From positions 457,667-489,666 of the forward strand of contig JAUWGH010000002.1 of NCBI GenBank assembly GCA_030606485.1: a DNA stretch of 32,000 nt, in the 5' to 3' direction. Both the position numbers and the translations under genes were made by a program. The notes beneath the pieces were generated by a model. The model was given only the letters and a program-made list of their open reading frames with translations, did not search any database and had not been told where the DNA came from. Of this stretch, positions 19,209 through 29,257 are shown one piece after another (position 1 is the stretch's first letter; each line of letters opens with the position of its first letter). Source of the DNA: Promethearchaeota archaeon. Its GTDB lineage: Archaea; Asgardarchaeota; Lokiarchaeia; Sigyniarchaeales; SOKP01.

Positions 19209-19997
19209 ATGAGTTATGAAGATATAATTTATGAAAAAAAAGAGGGTGTTGCTCGTATAACTATCAATCGGCCTCAGCGTTATAACGCGTGCACACAGCA
19301 CACCGTTCATGAATTGATCGACGCTTTCAATCGGTGCATGGACAATGAAATTGGCGTCGTGGTATTCACCGGTGCCGGGGACAAGGCGTTTTGTACCGGT
19401 GGAGATCAAACAACCCGCGAGAAGGGCGGATACAAGGGAGAGTATATATTACCGTTAGAAGTAGGCTGGCAACGCGTGACGCATTTGATCCGCACCCTAC
19501 CCAAACCGGTCATCGCTCGAGTGAACGGGTACGCGATCGGGGGAGGTCATGTATGGCACGTTAATTGTGATCTCAGCATTGCAGCAGAGCATGCGCAGCT
19601 TGGGCAAGCAGGTCCTCGCGTAGGTTCTTTTGATCCAGGATATGGAACTGGTGACTTAATGCGTGCCGTAGGCATGAAACGTGCCAAAGAAATTTGGTTT
19701 CTATGTCGCCGATATACTGCGCAACAAGCATTGGAAATGGGACTTGTGAACGCTGTTGTACCCTATGAAAAATTGGATGAGGAAGTGGATAAATGGTGTC
19801 AAGAACTGTTAGAAAAGAGCCCAACGGCGCTGAAAATGCTGAAATATGCTTTCCTGGCCGAGACTGATGGAGTAACAGGCATCACACAGTTAGGAGTTGG
19901 GGGACTGGGTCTTTATTATGGCACCGAGGAGGCTGTGGAAGGAAAGAATGCATTTTTAGAAAAACGTAAACCTGATTTTAATAAATTCAGAAAATAG
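19209..19997 (+). CDS. menB: MenB-family crotonase (1,4-dihydroxy-2-naphthoyl-CoA synthase or BadI-like ring hydrolase)
   Basis: AFCTGGDQ, PKPVIARVNGYAIGGGHV, GQAGPRVGSFDPGYG, KEIWFLCRRY, EGKNAFLEKRKPDF. ATG 19209 preferred over TTG 19200. Symbol given at family level only. Confidence 0.85.
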   Translation: MSYEDIIYEKKEGVARITINRPQRYNACTQHTVHELIDAFNRCMDNEIGVVVFTGAGDKAFCTGGDQTTREKGGYKGEYILPLEVGWQRVTHLIRTLPKPVIARVNGYAIGGGHVWHVNCDLSIAAEHAQLGQAGPRVGSFDPGYGTGDLMRAVGMKRAKEIWFLCRRYTAQQALEMGLVNAVVPYEKLDEEVDKWCQELLEKSPTALKMLKYAFLAETDGVTGITQLGVGGLGLYYGTEEAVEGKNAFLEKRKPDFNKFRK

Positions 19998-20866
19998 TGA
20001 GGATTATGGATATTAAAAAAATTTGTGTAATTGGAGCAGGTATTATGGGTCATGGGATTGCTCAATTAGCTGCAACTCATGGGTATGATGTAAACCTTGT
20101 AGATGTAGATGATGAAGTTTTAAATAAAGCCAAAGCCTCTATTGAAAAGAGTCTTAACAGATTTTTTGTAGCAAAAGATAAGATTACTACTGAAGAGGCT
20201 GAAAAAATTCTTGATAGGATTAGTTTAAATGTTAATAGGGATGAAGCTATTAAAGACGTACAAATGGTAATTGAGGCTGTGTTTGAAGACATGAATTTAA
20301 AGCAACAATTATTCTCTGAGCTGGATGCAATATGCGATAAAGATGTAATTCTTTCGTCTAATACCTCTTCATTAAGTATAACAGATATTGCCTTAAAATC
20401 TAAAAATCAAGAAAGGATCATAGGAATTCATTTCTTCAATCCGGCTCCAGTTATGAGATTAATAGAATTGATAAAAGGGAAGAATACATCTGACGAAGTC
20501 TTAGAAACGTCAAAAAAGTTCTCTGAGAGCTTAGATAAAACTGTAGTAATTGTAAATGATGCTCCTGGCTTCGTAACAACTCGGCTTATTTATGTATTAT
20601 GTAATGAAGCTGCAAACATGAAAATGGAAGGAATCGCCAGCATAGAAGATATTGATATTGCTTGTAAATTGGCATTCAATTTTCCCATGGGTCCTTTAGA
20701 ACTCAGTGATCTCGTAGGGAACGATATTTATTTGCATATTGGAGAATATTTAGAAAAGGAACTTGGAGATAAATATAAACCGTGCCCTCTTCTAAAAGAA
20801 ATGGTCGAAAATAATTTATTGGGAAGAAAATCAAAAAAAGGGTTTTATAATTATAATAAACCATAA
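19997..20866 (+). CDS. 3-hydroxyacyl-CoA (3-hydroxybutyryl-CoA) dehydrogenase
   Basis: GAGIMGHGIA NAD-binding motif, EAVFEDMNLK, SNTSSLSIT, HFFNPAPVM, PMGPLELSDLVGND. GTG 19997 overlaps the upstream stop by 1 nt; ATG 20006 is an alternative start. Confidence 0.93.
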   Translation: MRIMDIKKICVIGAGIMGHGIAQLAATHGYDVNLVDVDDEVLNKAKASIEKSLNRFFVAKDKITTEEAEKILDRISLNVNRDEAIKDVQMVIEAVFEDMNLKQQLFSELDAICDKDVILSSNTSSLSITDIALKSKNQERIIGIHFFNPAPVMRLIELIKGKNTSDEVLETSKKFSESLDKTVVIVNDAPGFVTTRLIYVLCNEAANMKMEGIASIEDIDIACKLAFNFPMGPLELSDLVGNDIYLHIGEYLEKELGDKYKPCPLLKEMVENNLLGRKSKKGFYNYNKP

Positions 20867-20965
20867 AGAAAATTCTTAATTTCCAAAGAATTATCCTATA
20901 ATTCTTCTTTTATTTTCTTTAAGCGGGAGATATACATATTTTGATTAAAATTAAAGGATAAAATC

Positions 20966-21646
20966 ATGAAAAGATATTATAAAGATAAACTCTCGGCTGA
21001 AAGATTAAAACAATGTTATGATATTGCTCCATCCCGAGTTCAGCGATATTTAAAAGCAGAGATCGACTATATTCAGCAAAAATTCAGTCCAGGGGATCTA
21101 ATTTTGGATTTGGGTTGCGGTTATGGGCGAGAACTCCAACAAATCACTAATAATGATGTAACAATAATTGGAATTGATATATCATATTCCAGTTTAATTT
21201 TTGGAAAGGAACTGCTCCATAATATTGCTAATTGCTTTTTAATGAAGATGAATGCAGTTGAACTAGCCTTTCAGGACCAATTTTTCGATATTGTACTATG
21301 CATTCAGAATGGGATTTCTGCCTTTCACGTCGATCAACGAGAATTAATAAAAGAAAGTATTCGAGTTACCAGACCTGGTGGAATTATTCTATTTTCAAGT
21401 TATAGTGATAAATTTTGGAAGGACCGATTGGAATGGTTTCAATTGCAGTCTGAAAACGGACTTTTAGGGGAAATTGACTATGAAAAAACTCGTAATGGGG
21501 TAATCATATGTAAAGATGGTTTTAAAGCGACAACAATTCGACCGCACCAATTCTTATTACTGACTTCTGAGTTTAATGTAGAAACGAATATTATGGAAGT
21601 TGATGAATCAAGCCTCTTTTATGAGATAAAAACAAAAGAGAAATAA
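20966..21646 (+). CDS. Class I SAM-dependent methyltransferase
   Basis: ILDLGCGYGR motif I, IGIDIS, FDIVLC, RVTRPGG. Confidence 0.9.
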   Translation: MKRYYKDKLSAERLKQCYDIAPSRVQRYLKAEIDYIQQKFSPGDLILDLGCGYGRELQQITNNDVTIIGIDISYSSLIFGKELLHNIANCFLMKMNAVELAFQDQFFDIVLCIQNGISAFHVDQRELIKESIRVTRPGGIILFSSYSDKFWKDRLEWFQLQSENGLLGEIDYEKTRNGVIICKDGFKATTIRPHQFLLLTSEFNVETNIMEVDESSLFYEIKTKEK

Positions 21647-21691
21647 GATTTACAGGCGACAATTTTTAACTTATAATAAATATTTTTAAAA

Positions 21692-22834
21692 TTATTTTAA
21701 TTCTTCCCGTGCAATAATTAGGTTCTGTATCTCGGTAGTGCCTCCCCCAATCATAAAAAATTTCGCATCTCTCATATATCTCTCAACTGAATAGATATCT
21801 GTATATCCATCTCCACCGTGAATCTGAACTGCTTCTGATGTAATTTCTACAGCAGTTTTACTTGAGAAAACTTTTGCCATTGAAGCTTCCTTGGTTATAT
21901 TCATGTTTATTTCATTTAATTTTGCGGCATTATAAGTTAATAATCGTGCAGCCTGTAGTTTTGTAGCCATTTCTGCAATTTTTAATTTAATAAGTTGAAA
22001 TGATGAGATTGGTTTATTAAATTGAATTCGATTTTTTGCATAATATTTAGAATCCTCTAAAGCCGCTAGAGATATACCATTACTCTCAGAACTCAAGGTC
22101 AATCTTTCAATATTAAAAGTTGCCATCAAACTTTTAAATCCACTTCCCTCTTCACCGATAAGATTCTCTTCTGAAACTTCTATGTTATTAAGTTGAAGAG
22201 TTCCATTATAAATTCCATTTATTCCCATTAAATCATAAGGATTTTCAATCGTTAAGCCGGGACTATCTTTTTCCACTAAGAATACGCTCATCCCATTCCG
22301 AGAATTAACATTCTGATTTGTAATACACCAAATAAAATAATAATCTGCAATTCCAGCATTTGTTATAAATTTTTTAGAACCGTTTAAGAGATAAATATCT
22401 CCCTTTTTCGTTGCTACGGTCTTTATTCCCGCCACATTAGAACCGGCACCTTCTTCAGTAACACAAATACTGCATATTTTTTCTCCGGTTGCAATTTTTT
22501 TTAGATAATTTTCTTTCTGATCTTCATTTCCAAATTTATTAAGAAGATATCCATCTAAAATACAAGGCGTTCGAGTAACCGAAGCAGCTACATTAATTTT
22601 GGAAATCTCTTCAGTTATCATACAATGAGCAATCATTCCAAGCTCCGAACCATTGTATCTTTTTGGAATTAATGGTCCAAATAATCCCTTTTTTCCAATT
22701 TCTTTAATCAAAGAAAGAGGAATTTTTTTATTCTGATTAATTTCATTCTTTATCGGTTCTAATTCTGTTAATAGAAATTTTCTTACATCTTCTTGTAATG
22801 GGTAGTGTTTCTCTGTAAAAAATAACTCGTTCAT
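21692..22834 (-). CDS. Acyl-CoA dehydrogenase
   Basis: ICVTEEGAGSN, LNGSKKFITN, RIQFNKPISSFQ, QIHGGDGY, ERYMRDAK, IGGGTTEIQ. Confidence 0.95.
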   Translation of the reverse strand: MNELFFTEKHYPLQEDVRKFLLTELEPIKNEINQNKKIPLSLIKEIGKKGLFGPLIPKRYNGSELGMIAHCMITEEISKINVAASVTRTPCILDGYLLNKFGNEDQKENYLKKIATGEKICSICVTEEGAGSNVAGIKTVATKKGDIYLLNGSKKFITNAGIADYYFIWCITNQNVNSRNGMSVFLVEKDSPGLTIENPYDLMGINGIYNGTLQLNNIEVSEENLIGEEGSGFKSLMATFNIERLTLSSESNGISLAALEDSKYYAKNRIQFNKPISSFQLIKLKIAEMATKLQAARLLTYNAAKLNEINMNITKEASMAKVFSSKTAVEITSEAVQIHGGDGYTDIYSVERYMRDAKFFMIGGGTTEIQNLIIAREELK

Positions 22835-22975
22835 CTTATCATCCTTGCTTTGTTTTTTTCTAATATTTTATGTTAAATATTTAATTTTTAATTAATTAAA
22901 ATATTCGTCTATTAAAACAATTCTGCAAATCATATACATAATCACAAGGAAAAATATAACAATTAAAAATTTAAA

Positions 22976-23371
22976 ATGAAAGGAACTTATATTTTAGAAA
23001 TTAGCCTTCAAAATGATATTGAATTGTCAATTGGAAGTTTAGGGTTAATTCATTTTAAAAAGGGTTTATATTATTATATAGGATCAGCAATGGGACCTCA
23101 AGGATCTTCTACTTTATTAAATAGAGTTAAACGACATCTGAAAAAATCACATGAAAAGAAAAGATTTTGGCATATAGATTTTCTTTTAGAAAATAATAAT
23201 GCTCTTTTAACCAAAATTATTCTTATCCCCTGTAAAATAAAATTAGAATGTAAGTTTGCAAGATATTTCTTACAATTGGCAGATAATTTTATACCAAACT
23301 TTGGAAGTAGTGATTGTAATTGTAAAACTCATTTATTATATTTTAAGAAATCCAATAATTTGTTCAAATAA
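22976..23371 (+). CDS. DUF123 / GIY-YIG (Uri) superfamily endonuclease
   Basis: KGTYIL, YYYIGSA, RVKRH, WHIDFLL, FGSSDCNCKTHL. Confidence 0.85.
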   Translation: MKGTYILEISLQNDIELSIGSLGLIHFKKGLYYYIGSAMGPQGSSTLLNRVKRHLKKSHEKKRFWHIDFLLENNNALLTKIILIPCKIKLECKFARYFLQLADNFIPNFGSSDCNCKTHLLYFKKSNNLFK

Positions 23372-23453
23372 TCAGTTGTAAGAAAGAAAAAATCAAAATT
23401 AATATTTAATTTTTCATTTATTTTTAGAAAAGAAGAATACTATTGATTTTATT

Positions 23454-23942
23454 ATGCAAATGATTACTCACTTTTTAGTCGGAATTATCATACAAAAATT
23501 TCTTTTTGGAATAATTCCATTTCCCTTTGATATCATATTAATATTAATATTAGCGTTTTTATCCCATATCCTTTTAGATTGTCTCGCTAGATTAACGTAT
23601 CATACCCCCGACCCACAAAAAGGAGATAAAATCTGGCTGGGGTGGCACATTGTTATTTATGTGACAAGTTTTCTAGTTTTTATAATTTTTTGTAATCCGT
23701 ATTGGCTGGTTATGATTATATCGATTCTATTCGATATTTGGGACTGGTACACATTAAGGATGATACAGCGTCATATTAAAAAGGATCCAAACTGGGGAAA
23801 AAAATATTTTTTACACCCGATAATTGATAAAGTGCGAAGTAAATTCTTCATGTGGCTCCCAGATCTTACCTACAACCATAAAGGTATATTAGTTGAGATA
23901 TTTATCATAATTTCCTTATTGTGTATTATCTTATTTCTCTGA
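23454..23942 (+). CDS. Small membrane protein, possibly a metal-dependent hydrolase
   Basis: About 4 TM segments with THFLVG and SHILLD...YH His/Asp motifs. Confidence 0.6.
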   Translation: MQMITHFLVGIIIQKFLFGIIPFPFDIILILILAFLSHILLDCLARLTYHTPDPQKGDKIWLGWHIVIYVTSFLVFIIFCNPYWLVMIISILFDIWDWYTLRMIQRHIKKDPNWGKKYFLHPIIDKVRSKFFMWLPDLTYNHKGILVEIFIIISLLCIILFL

Positions 23943-24043
23943 AATAATTTCGTTTTTAAATACAAATAATAAGATCTGTTTATTCTAATTATTTATAGTT
24001 AAATTTTAAAACAAAATTTGTTTCACAAAAAGGTACTGACAAA

Positions 24044-25528
24044 ATGGAAAATATAACCCAAAAAGAATTGAGAAAGATACAGAAACTGGAGAAACGTCAA
24101 GGAATTTTGACAGGATATGTTAGCAAAATAGGAAAATTGCTGCTGTATATTCTTCCACTGGTGCTTGTGGTAATTACAATACTAACAATCTTTCAGATTT
24201 CGCAAGATGCAATTTTATACGCTATTTTTTATATAGTCTTAGTTATTTATGGAATAAATTCATTGATCTTATTCTATGGCGCAAGTCTAACAAAGAAATC
24301 ATTTCAATCCAGGTTAAAATTTGAAAGAAAGCGGGGTAGACCCATTGATTCTCTTGATGGCTTTGATTTACTCTCTTCTAAAGTACAAAGAGTAATAAAT
24401 CTACTCAAAATTATTGCTCTTGTGGGTATTGTCTCATTGGTACTATTTATAATAATGTTGGCGTTTAATACAGTCGAATTAGGTTATGCTGCGATTGGGT
24501 TTACTATGGTTGGATTAGGTTTAGCACTAATAATCAGAAGTTTGAATTTAAAAGTTTCAGAGGTAAATGGTCTGCAAGATTTTTATAAACCAACAACACA
24601 TCAAATCTTTTTAGATAACTTCTTCGCAGAAATCTTCTCCAATCATTTGGACCCTGTAACATTTCTTAAATGGGATGATTATATGCTAGGGCTCCAAAAG
24701 ATTTTGAATCCCAATTTCGTTCAAAAAATTAAAACGCAAGAACCAGATGAGATGCCGATCACGTTTGCAATAGAAAAAATACTCTTTCTATTTTATTTGA
24801 AATATCAAAATGTATTATCTGATGAATTATTTGCCCAGGAAATGAGAGAAGTATTAAATATTGATGATGAAATTTTCAATATTGAAAGAGGGTTATTAAT
24901 GGAAAATAATTGGTATTTTTCTAAAAAGGATATCTATAAAATATTTCTTTTTATTAAGAAATATAATCCAGGTTTTTTCAATATTATAGATCGGCTTCAG
25001 TTAGAACTCGCAGATAACATTGAACGTCTTGCTAAAGACCCAATATATATGGACTCATCATCCCAAGAAATCGTGTATGTTAACGACGAACTTAATATTA
25101 TGATTTACCTATTTAACAATGCACCAGAAAATAGAAAATATTCGGTTAGAATAATTGCCCCAGGTTTTGATCCGAAGGAGCTTGTCTTAGATATTGAAGT
25201 TGAGGGGAGAGGAACTTTTAGGATCCCTGAAAAGCCAATTCCATTAACAGCAATGGGCGATACTGTAGATATATGCGGTGTCTTATCTGTGATGTTAGAA
25301 AACGGCGACACAACATGGATTACACTCGAACCCCGCGAGGTGGGTGAGCAGACCATTCAGATATTTTTAGAATCTATAGATGGAACAATTATTGAAGGAA
25401 AAACACGTAGTGTAAAAGTTGTTAAAAATTTTAAGGATAATCTTAAGAAAATAACTTCAATTGGCTCACTTTTGGGGGGTCTAGCTGTTCCTCTTTCAAA
25501 AATGCTTTTACCAACCTTAATGCCTTAA
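24044..25528 (+). CDS. Membrane protein with 4 N-terminal TM helices and a large soluble C-terminal region, function unknown
   Basis: 494-aa ORF; hydrophobic segments confined to the first ~170 aa; helical then beta-rich C-terminal region. Confidence 0.8.
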   Translation: MENITQKELRKIQKLEKRQGILTGYVSKIGKLLLYILPLVLVVITILTIFQISQDAILYAIFYIVLVIYGINSLILFYGASLTKKSFQSRLKFERKRGRPIDSLDGFDLLSSKVQRVINLLKIIALVGIVSLVLFIIMLAFNTVELGYAAIGFTMVGLGLALIIRSLNLKVSEVNGLQDFYKPTTHQIFLDNFFAEIFSNHLDPVTFLKWDDYMLGLQKILNPNFVQKIKTQEPDEMPITFAIEKILFLFYLKYQNVLSDELFAQEMREVLNIDDEIFNIERGLLMENNWYFSKKDIYKIFLFIKKYNPGFFNIIDRLQLELADNIERLAKDPIYMDSSSQEIVYVNDELNIMIYLFNNAPENRKYSVRIIAPGFDPKELVLDIEVEGRGTFRIPEKPIPLTAMGDTVDICGVLSVMLENGDTTWITLEPREVGEQTIQIFLESIDGTIIEGKTRSVKVVKNFKDNLKKITSIGSLLGGLAVPLSKMLLPTLMP

Positions 25529-25574
25529 TTTAAAATTTTTTTTTTTTCTTTTTTGAAGGATATTCATATTAATT

Positions 25575-26153
25575 TCAATTTTCTTCGATTTTAATTTTCC
25601 TTTTTTTAAAACCATGTTCGATTAAATTTTCAACTATTGGTTTCATCGTTGGGCATACCTCCCAATTTCCCTTATATTCACACTGCTCACACTCTTTAGT
25701 TATATGGTTGGCTCTAACGTAAGCTATTACTCCAGTATAGAAATTAACAAGAAATAACGATAATATTTTTAATATAAGAAATATCGGAAGATATAATACT
25801 GCAACAATATAGAATCCCGTTCCAATTCCTATTGAAACTTTTGTAAGAATTTTAAGAATTTTAAATTTTGTTAGATGGAATATATTTAATAAAAATGCCA
25901 AAAAGAATAGAAATGAGAGAAAATATAAAATGATAAGATTTTGTAAACTCAAATCTATGAAGAGAATTGAAAAGATAATTGTAAGAATAATTGTAGGGTA
26001 ATATGTAAAGCACCCTATACAAAATCTATGTTTTCCAATATGATACACATGATCAGAGAAATGTTCACAATTGGGATGGTGAGATAAAACTATAGGTTTT
26101 ATGTCAGAAAAAAACAAGGCGACTCGTTTGAATTTTATCTTTAAACTTGTCAT
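25575..26153 (-). CDS. Membrane protein with Cys/His motifs (DUF2085-like)
   Basis: HHPNCEHF...HVYH...CIGC, 4 TM segments, C-terminal CEQC...C cluster. Confidence 0.6.
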   Translation of the reverse strand: MTSLKIKFKRVALFFSDIKPIVLSHHPNCEHFSDHVYHIGKHRFCIGCFTYYPTIILTIIFSILFIDLSLQNLIILYFLSFLFFLAFLLNIFHLTKFKILKILTKVSIGIGTGFYIVAVLYLPIFLILKILSLFLVNFYTGVIAYVRANHITKECEQCEYKGNWEVCPTMKPIVENLIEHGFKKRKIKIEEN

Positions 26154-26234
26154 TCTTTTACTTATTCTTGATTTAATATAAAAGGAAAAAAAAGATAATT
26201 AAAAAATTTAATTTTTTCTTAGCAGAATCTCTTA

Positions 26235-26450
26235 CTACTTCCGTACAATCAGGTAAATGATACATCCTATACAACCGGTGAGAATTACAATAATGAGCCA
26301 GACAGCTCCACCCATATCGCGCTTCTCGGCATCCTTGTAAACCCAGACGGCTAAGGCTATACCAATTAAGCAGTAGATAACAAAAAAAATAACTATGAAT
26401 ATCAACATTCCGCCTAATAATATATCAAGATCAGGGGGCATCATAAGCAT
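26235..26450 (-). CDS. Small 2-TM PLDc_N-like protein, paralog of 26737-27150
   Basis: WVYKDAEKR...WLIIVILTGCIGCIIYLIVRK, ending in TAG TAA. Confidence 0.75.
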   Translation of the reverse strand: MLMMPPDLDILLGGMLIFIVIFFVIYCLIGIALAVWVYKDAEKRDMGGAVWLIIVILTGCIGCIIYLIVRK

Positions 26451-26736
26451 TTTTTATCACATTGAATTTTTTATTTTTTTGTATTAAAAATTTTTAATTA
26501 TTGAATTGGTATTCAATGTATAATAATTATGCATAGTAATTATTTAAAGTTTCATTATTAAATAAACATTAATCATATTATTATTGGTAAGATAAGTAAA
26601 TCTTAACTGATTCTATGAAACCATTGATATTTTTAAATTTTTAGCGACAAAAATGATTCTTTTAAAAATCTAAGAAAAAAATATAAAATAATAGAAGAAT
26701 TTTTTAAGTTTTCTTATTTTAAGCAGTATTGACGCC

Positions 26737-27150
26737 TTATAACTTACTACCACAATGGGGACAGAATGTAGCTTGCTCTGGAATGGAAGCGCCGCAAGTA
26801 GGACAAAATTTTTTGCCCTTTTCTGTTGGTTTTTCAGTTTCAGGTGGTATGGGAGCTCTCTCCTCATATGGGGTTGTTGCTTGGGCAGTTGTTGGAGCGG
26901 TATAACTGGAAGGAGCTTTTGGTTCTCCCCCAATAGGCTTTCTTACTATCAAGTAAATAATGCATCCAATACACCCGGTTAAAAGCACTATGAGAAGCCA
27001 TATAGTATTATCCATCCCGCGCTTTTCTGCATCTTTATATACCCATACACATAAAATAATTGGAATAATACAGCCAAGTATAATGATGGGAATCAACATC
27101 AGCATCAGCATACTCATAACGGCACCAGTTGGATCATAATCAATGAACAT
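26737..27150 (-). CDS. PLDc_N-like membrane protein with Pro/Thr linker and C-terminal double zinc ribbon
   Basis: WVYKDAEKRGM...IIYLIVRKP; low-complexity PSSYTAPTTAQATTP linker; CPTCG...CPHCG. Confidence 0.85.
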   Translation of the reverse strand: MFIDYDPTGAVMSMLMLMLIPIIILGCIIPIILCVWVYKDAEKRGMDNTIWLLIVLLTGCIGCIIYLIVRKPIGGEPKAPSSYTAPTTAQATTPYEERAPIPPETEKPTEKGKKFCPTCGASIPEQATFCPHCGSKL

Positions 27151-27339
27151 TTTTTAATTCACTTCAATTTTGTATTTTTTTTTTAATTTTTTTTAATTTT
27201 GAATTTCAATTAAATTTATTGTAATAAGATTATATAAAAATATAAAAAGATTTTGAAAGTTTATTTCATTAAGATTTTTTTAGTTATAATAATACTAAGA
27301 ATTAAAGGGATTTTGATTAATTTAGGTTTTTAATATAAA

Positions 27340-27705
27340 ATGAAAGATATATTAGGAATAAAGAATTTAAAAGCCGATTTATCTGCAATGAAAAATGAGA
27401 TGACTAAGATCAGTTCAGAAATTTCCAAGATGAGCGAAAACATAATACATCTTAGTAATAAAACATCGCAGAGCATGGAAGGAGTATCCTCGGAGATTCA
27501 TGAAATGAATTTAACAATAAGGGAAGCAATGAAAATAACTTCTGAGACAATTAAAGAGATGAGTGAAAACTTTTCAAAAGCATTAAAAGATGCGTTGAGA
27601 GATATGTCTGAAATGAAAGTCAAGGTTGAGGTTAGAGATTCGATTTTGAAAACTCTTGGAATTGATGGACTTATTCCAGAGTTTTTAAAAAAATCTAAAA
27701 AATAA
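27340..27705 (+). CDS. Hypothetical coiled-coil protein
   Basis: 121-aa ORF with heptad-like Met/Ile periodicity; stop lies 11 nt from the convergent MFS stop. Confidence 0.65.
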   Translation: MKDILGIKNLKADLSAMKNEMTKISSEISKMSENIIHLSNKTSQSMEGVSSEIHEMNLTIREAMKITSETIKEMSENFSKALKDALRDMSEMKVKVEVRDSILKTLGIDGLIPEFLKKSKK

Positions 27706-27716
27706 AAATAAAAAAA

Positions 27717-29129
27717 TTATAAATTTTTAAGTTTTTCTTCATGCAATTTTGTCAATTTTATTCGATTTTCCTTTAATTGTTCCCCTTTGATGGGATAGAA
27801 ATATAATCCTATGACACCGATCAATAGAACAATGAATGGAAAAATTCCTATTAGAAATTGAAGCCCTGCGATTACATCAGCTCCTGGGTTCGGTGTGTAA
27901 GTTGACCATTCAGTGCCAGAAAAAACCAAGCCAATTGCTATAAAATTAATGACCGCCGAGAACCGTATAAGGAAATTGATGATTCCATAGTAAATACCAG
28001 CTCGTCGTGTTCCATGCTTGATTTCATCTTCATCAATGATCTCCGCAAGACATTGATCATAGAAATAAATAGTTCCACCCAATCCGACACCAGTGAATAT
28101 CATCACAAAGAGACCTACAACATAATCTGGTGTGATCATGTAAATCAACATACCAAATCCCCAAATTATCATTCCTAGCATTCCAACTATGCGAGCGCCT
28201 TTTTTTTTACGCAATTTTTCCCAGAAAGGTATCGTAAAAAAAGCTGTTATAAAAGCCGCAGCCAAAACATATCCTATTAGTTCTGAATCTACAACTTTAT
28301 GTACGTGTGTCTCAAATAGAGGGATTAATGTAGGTAATAGATTAACACAGATCCAATAAGTAAGTCCAGGGATAAGAAATACTAGAAATGACTTATTTTT
28401 AAATGTAAATTTCATTGTGTTTATAAAAGACGGTGCGGTTTCAGCATCTTTTACAAATATTTTAGGTTCTCGAAGACCCCATTTCACTGCGATGAAAAGA
28501 AACACAATAACTATAATTGCAATAATGATTCCTGTAAGTTGATATTGACCTAGTGTATAAGAATAACCAAATTTATTAGTCATATCTTCAATAATAAATG
28601 TAGGCATAGTAAAAGCTAAAATTAATGAAATAAGTACGAACATTACACGGGTTCGCCCTACTTCACTCCTTTCTTTCACAGAAACGAACATTTCCGAAAA
28701 AATTGCATTATAATTTAAATTAAATGCCGTGTAAACCGTGTCAAATATCATAAGTATAATCAATAAATAAATAAGATTGACTACATCGGAGTTAGCATAG
28801 ATGGGGGGTGTAAATAGTAAAATCATTATAATCGCTAGTGGAATAATAGCACCGACCATCCATGGAGTTCTGCGTCCCCACTTAGATCGAGTCCGATCAG
28901 AAAGATAACCAATGAGGGGATCATTAATACTATTCCATATACTCCAAAAGATAAAAGTTAGACTAATCCATAGAACTGGCAATCCAATCACAGTAAAATA
29001 GAAAAGAAAAATCAAAAATGAAAAGCTCTGGTAGGCAACATTATCTCCTACTTCAGCAAGAGAGTAAGCCAATTTCATACGAGAATCTTTTCGAGATTTC
29101 ATTTCGTTCTTAGAGTTCATATCGTTCAT
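27717..29129 (-). CDS. MFS transporter, glycoside-pentoside-hexuronide (MelB/MFS_2) family
   Basis: WNSINDPLIGYLSDRTRSKWGRRTPW, SVKERS, RRAGIY motifs; about 12 TM segments. Confidence 0.92.
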   Translation of the reverse strand: MNDMNSKNEMKSRKDSRMKLAYSLAEVGDNVAYQSFSFLIFLFYFTVIGLPVLWISLTFIFWSIWNSINDPLIGYLSDRTRSKWGRRTPWMVGAIIPLAIIMILLFTPPIYANSDVVNLIYLLIILMIFDTVYTAFNLNYNAIFSEMFVSVKERSEVGRTRVMFVLISLILAFTMPTFIIEDMTNKFGYSYTLGQYQLTGIIIAIIVIVFLFIAVKWGLREPKIFVKDAETAPSFINTMKFTFKNKSFLVFLIPGLTYWICVNLLPTLIPLFETHVHKVVDSELIGYVLAAAFITAFFTIPFWEKLRKKKGARIVGMLGMIIWGFGMLIYMITPDYVVGLFVMIFTGVGLGGTIYFYDQCLAEIIDEDEIKHGTRRAGIYYGIINFLIRFSAVINFIAIGLVFSGTEWSTYTPNPGADVIAGLQFLIGIFPFIVLLIGVIGLYFYPIKGEQLKENRIKLTKLHEEKLKNL

Positions 29130-29161
29130 TTTTTTAACCTTAGGTTTTTTTAATAAATATT

Positions 29162-29180
29162 TTTAATCGTATAGATTAAA
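29162..29180. promoter_or_regulatory. Possible operator palindrome in the MFS/GH5 divergent region
   Basis: tttaatc-gtata-gattaaa: perfect 7-bp arms with a 5-nt spacer. Could easily be chance in AT-rich DNA. Confidence 0.2.
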
Positions 29181-29257
29181 TTTTAAAAATTAACTATGAT
29201 TTAACTCTTTGTTTAAAATCAATATAAATATTTGCTTAAAAAAATATAAGAATTTAA

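Noticed and set aside
22976-23371. GIY-YIG protein as a homing endonuclease marking a mobile element
   Set aside because: It matches the stand-alone archaeal DUF123 pattern, is not inside a gene, and has no flanking repeats.
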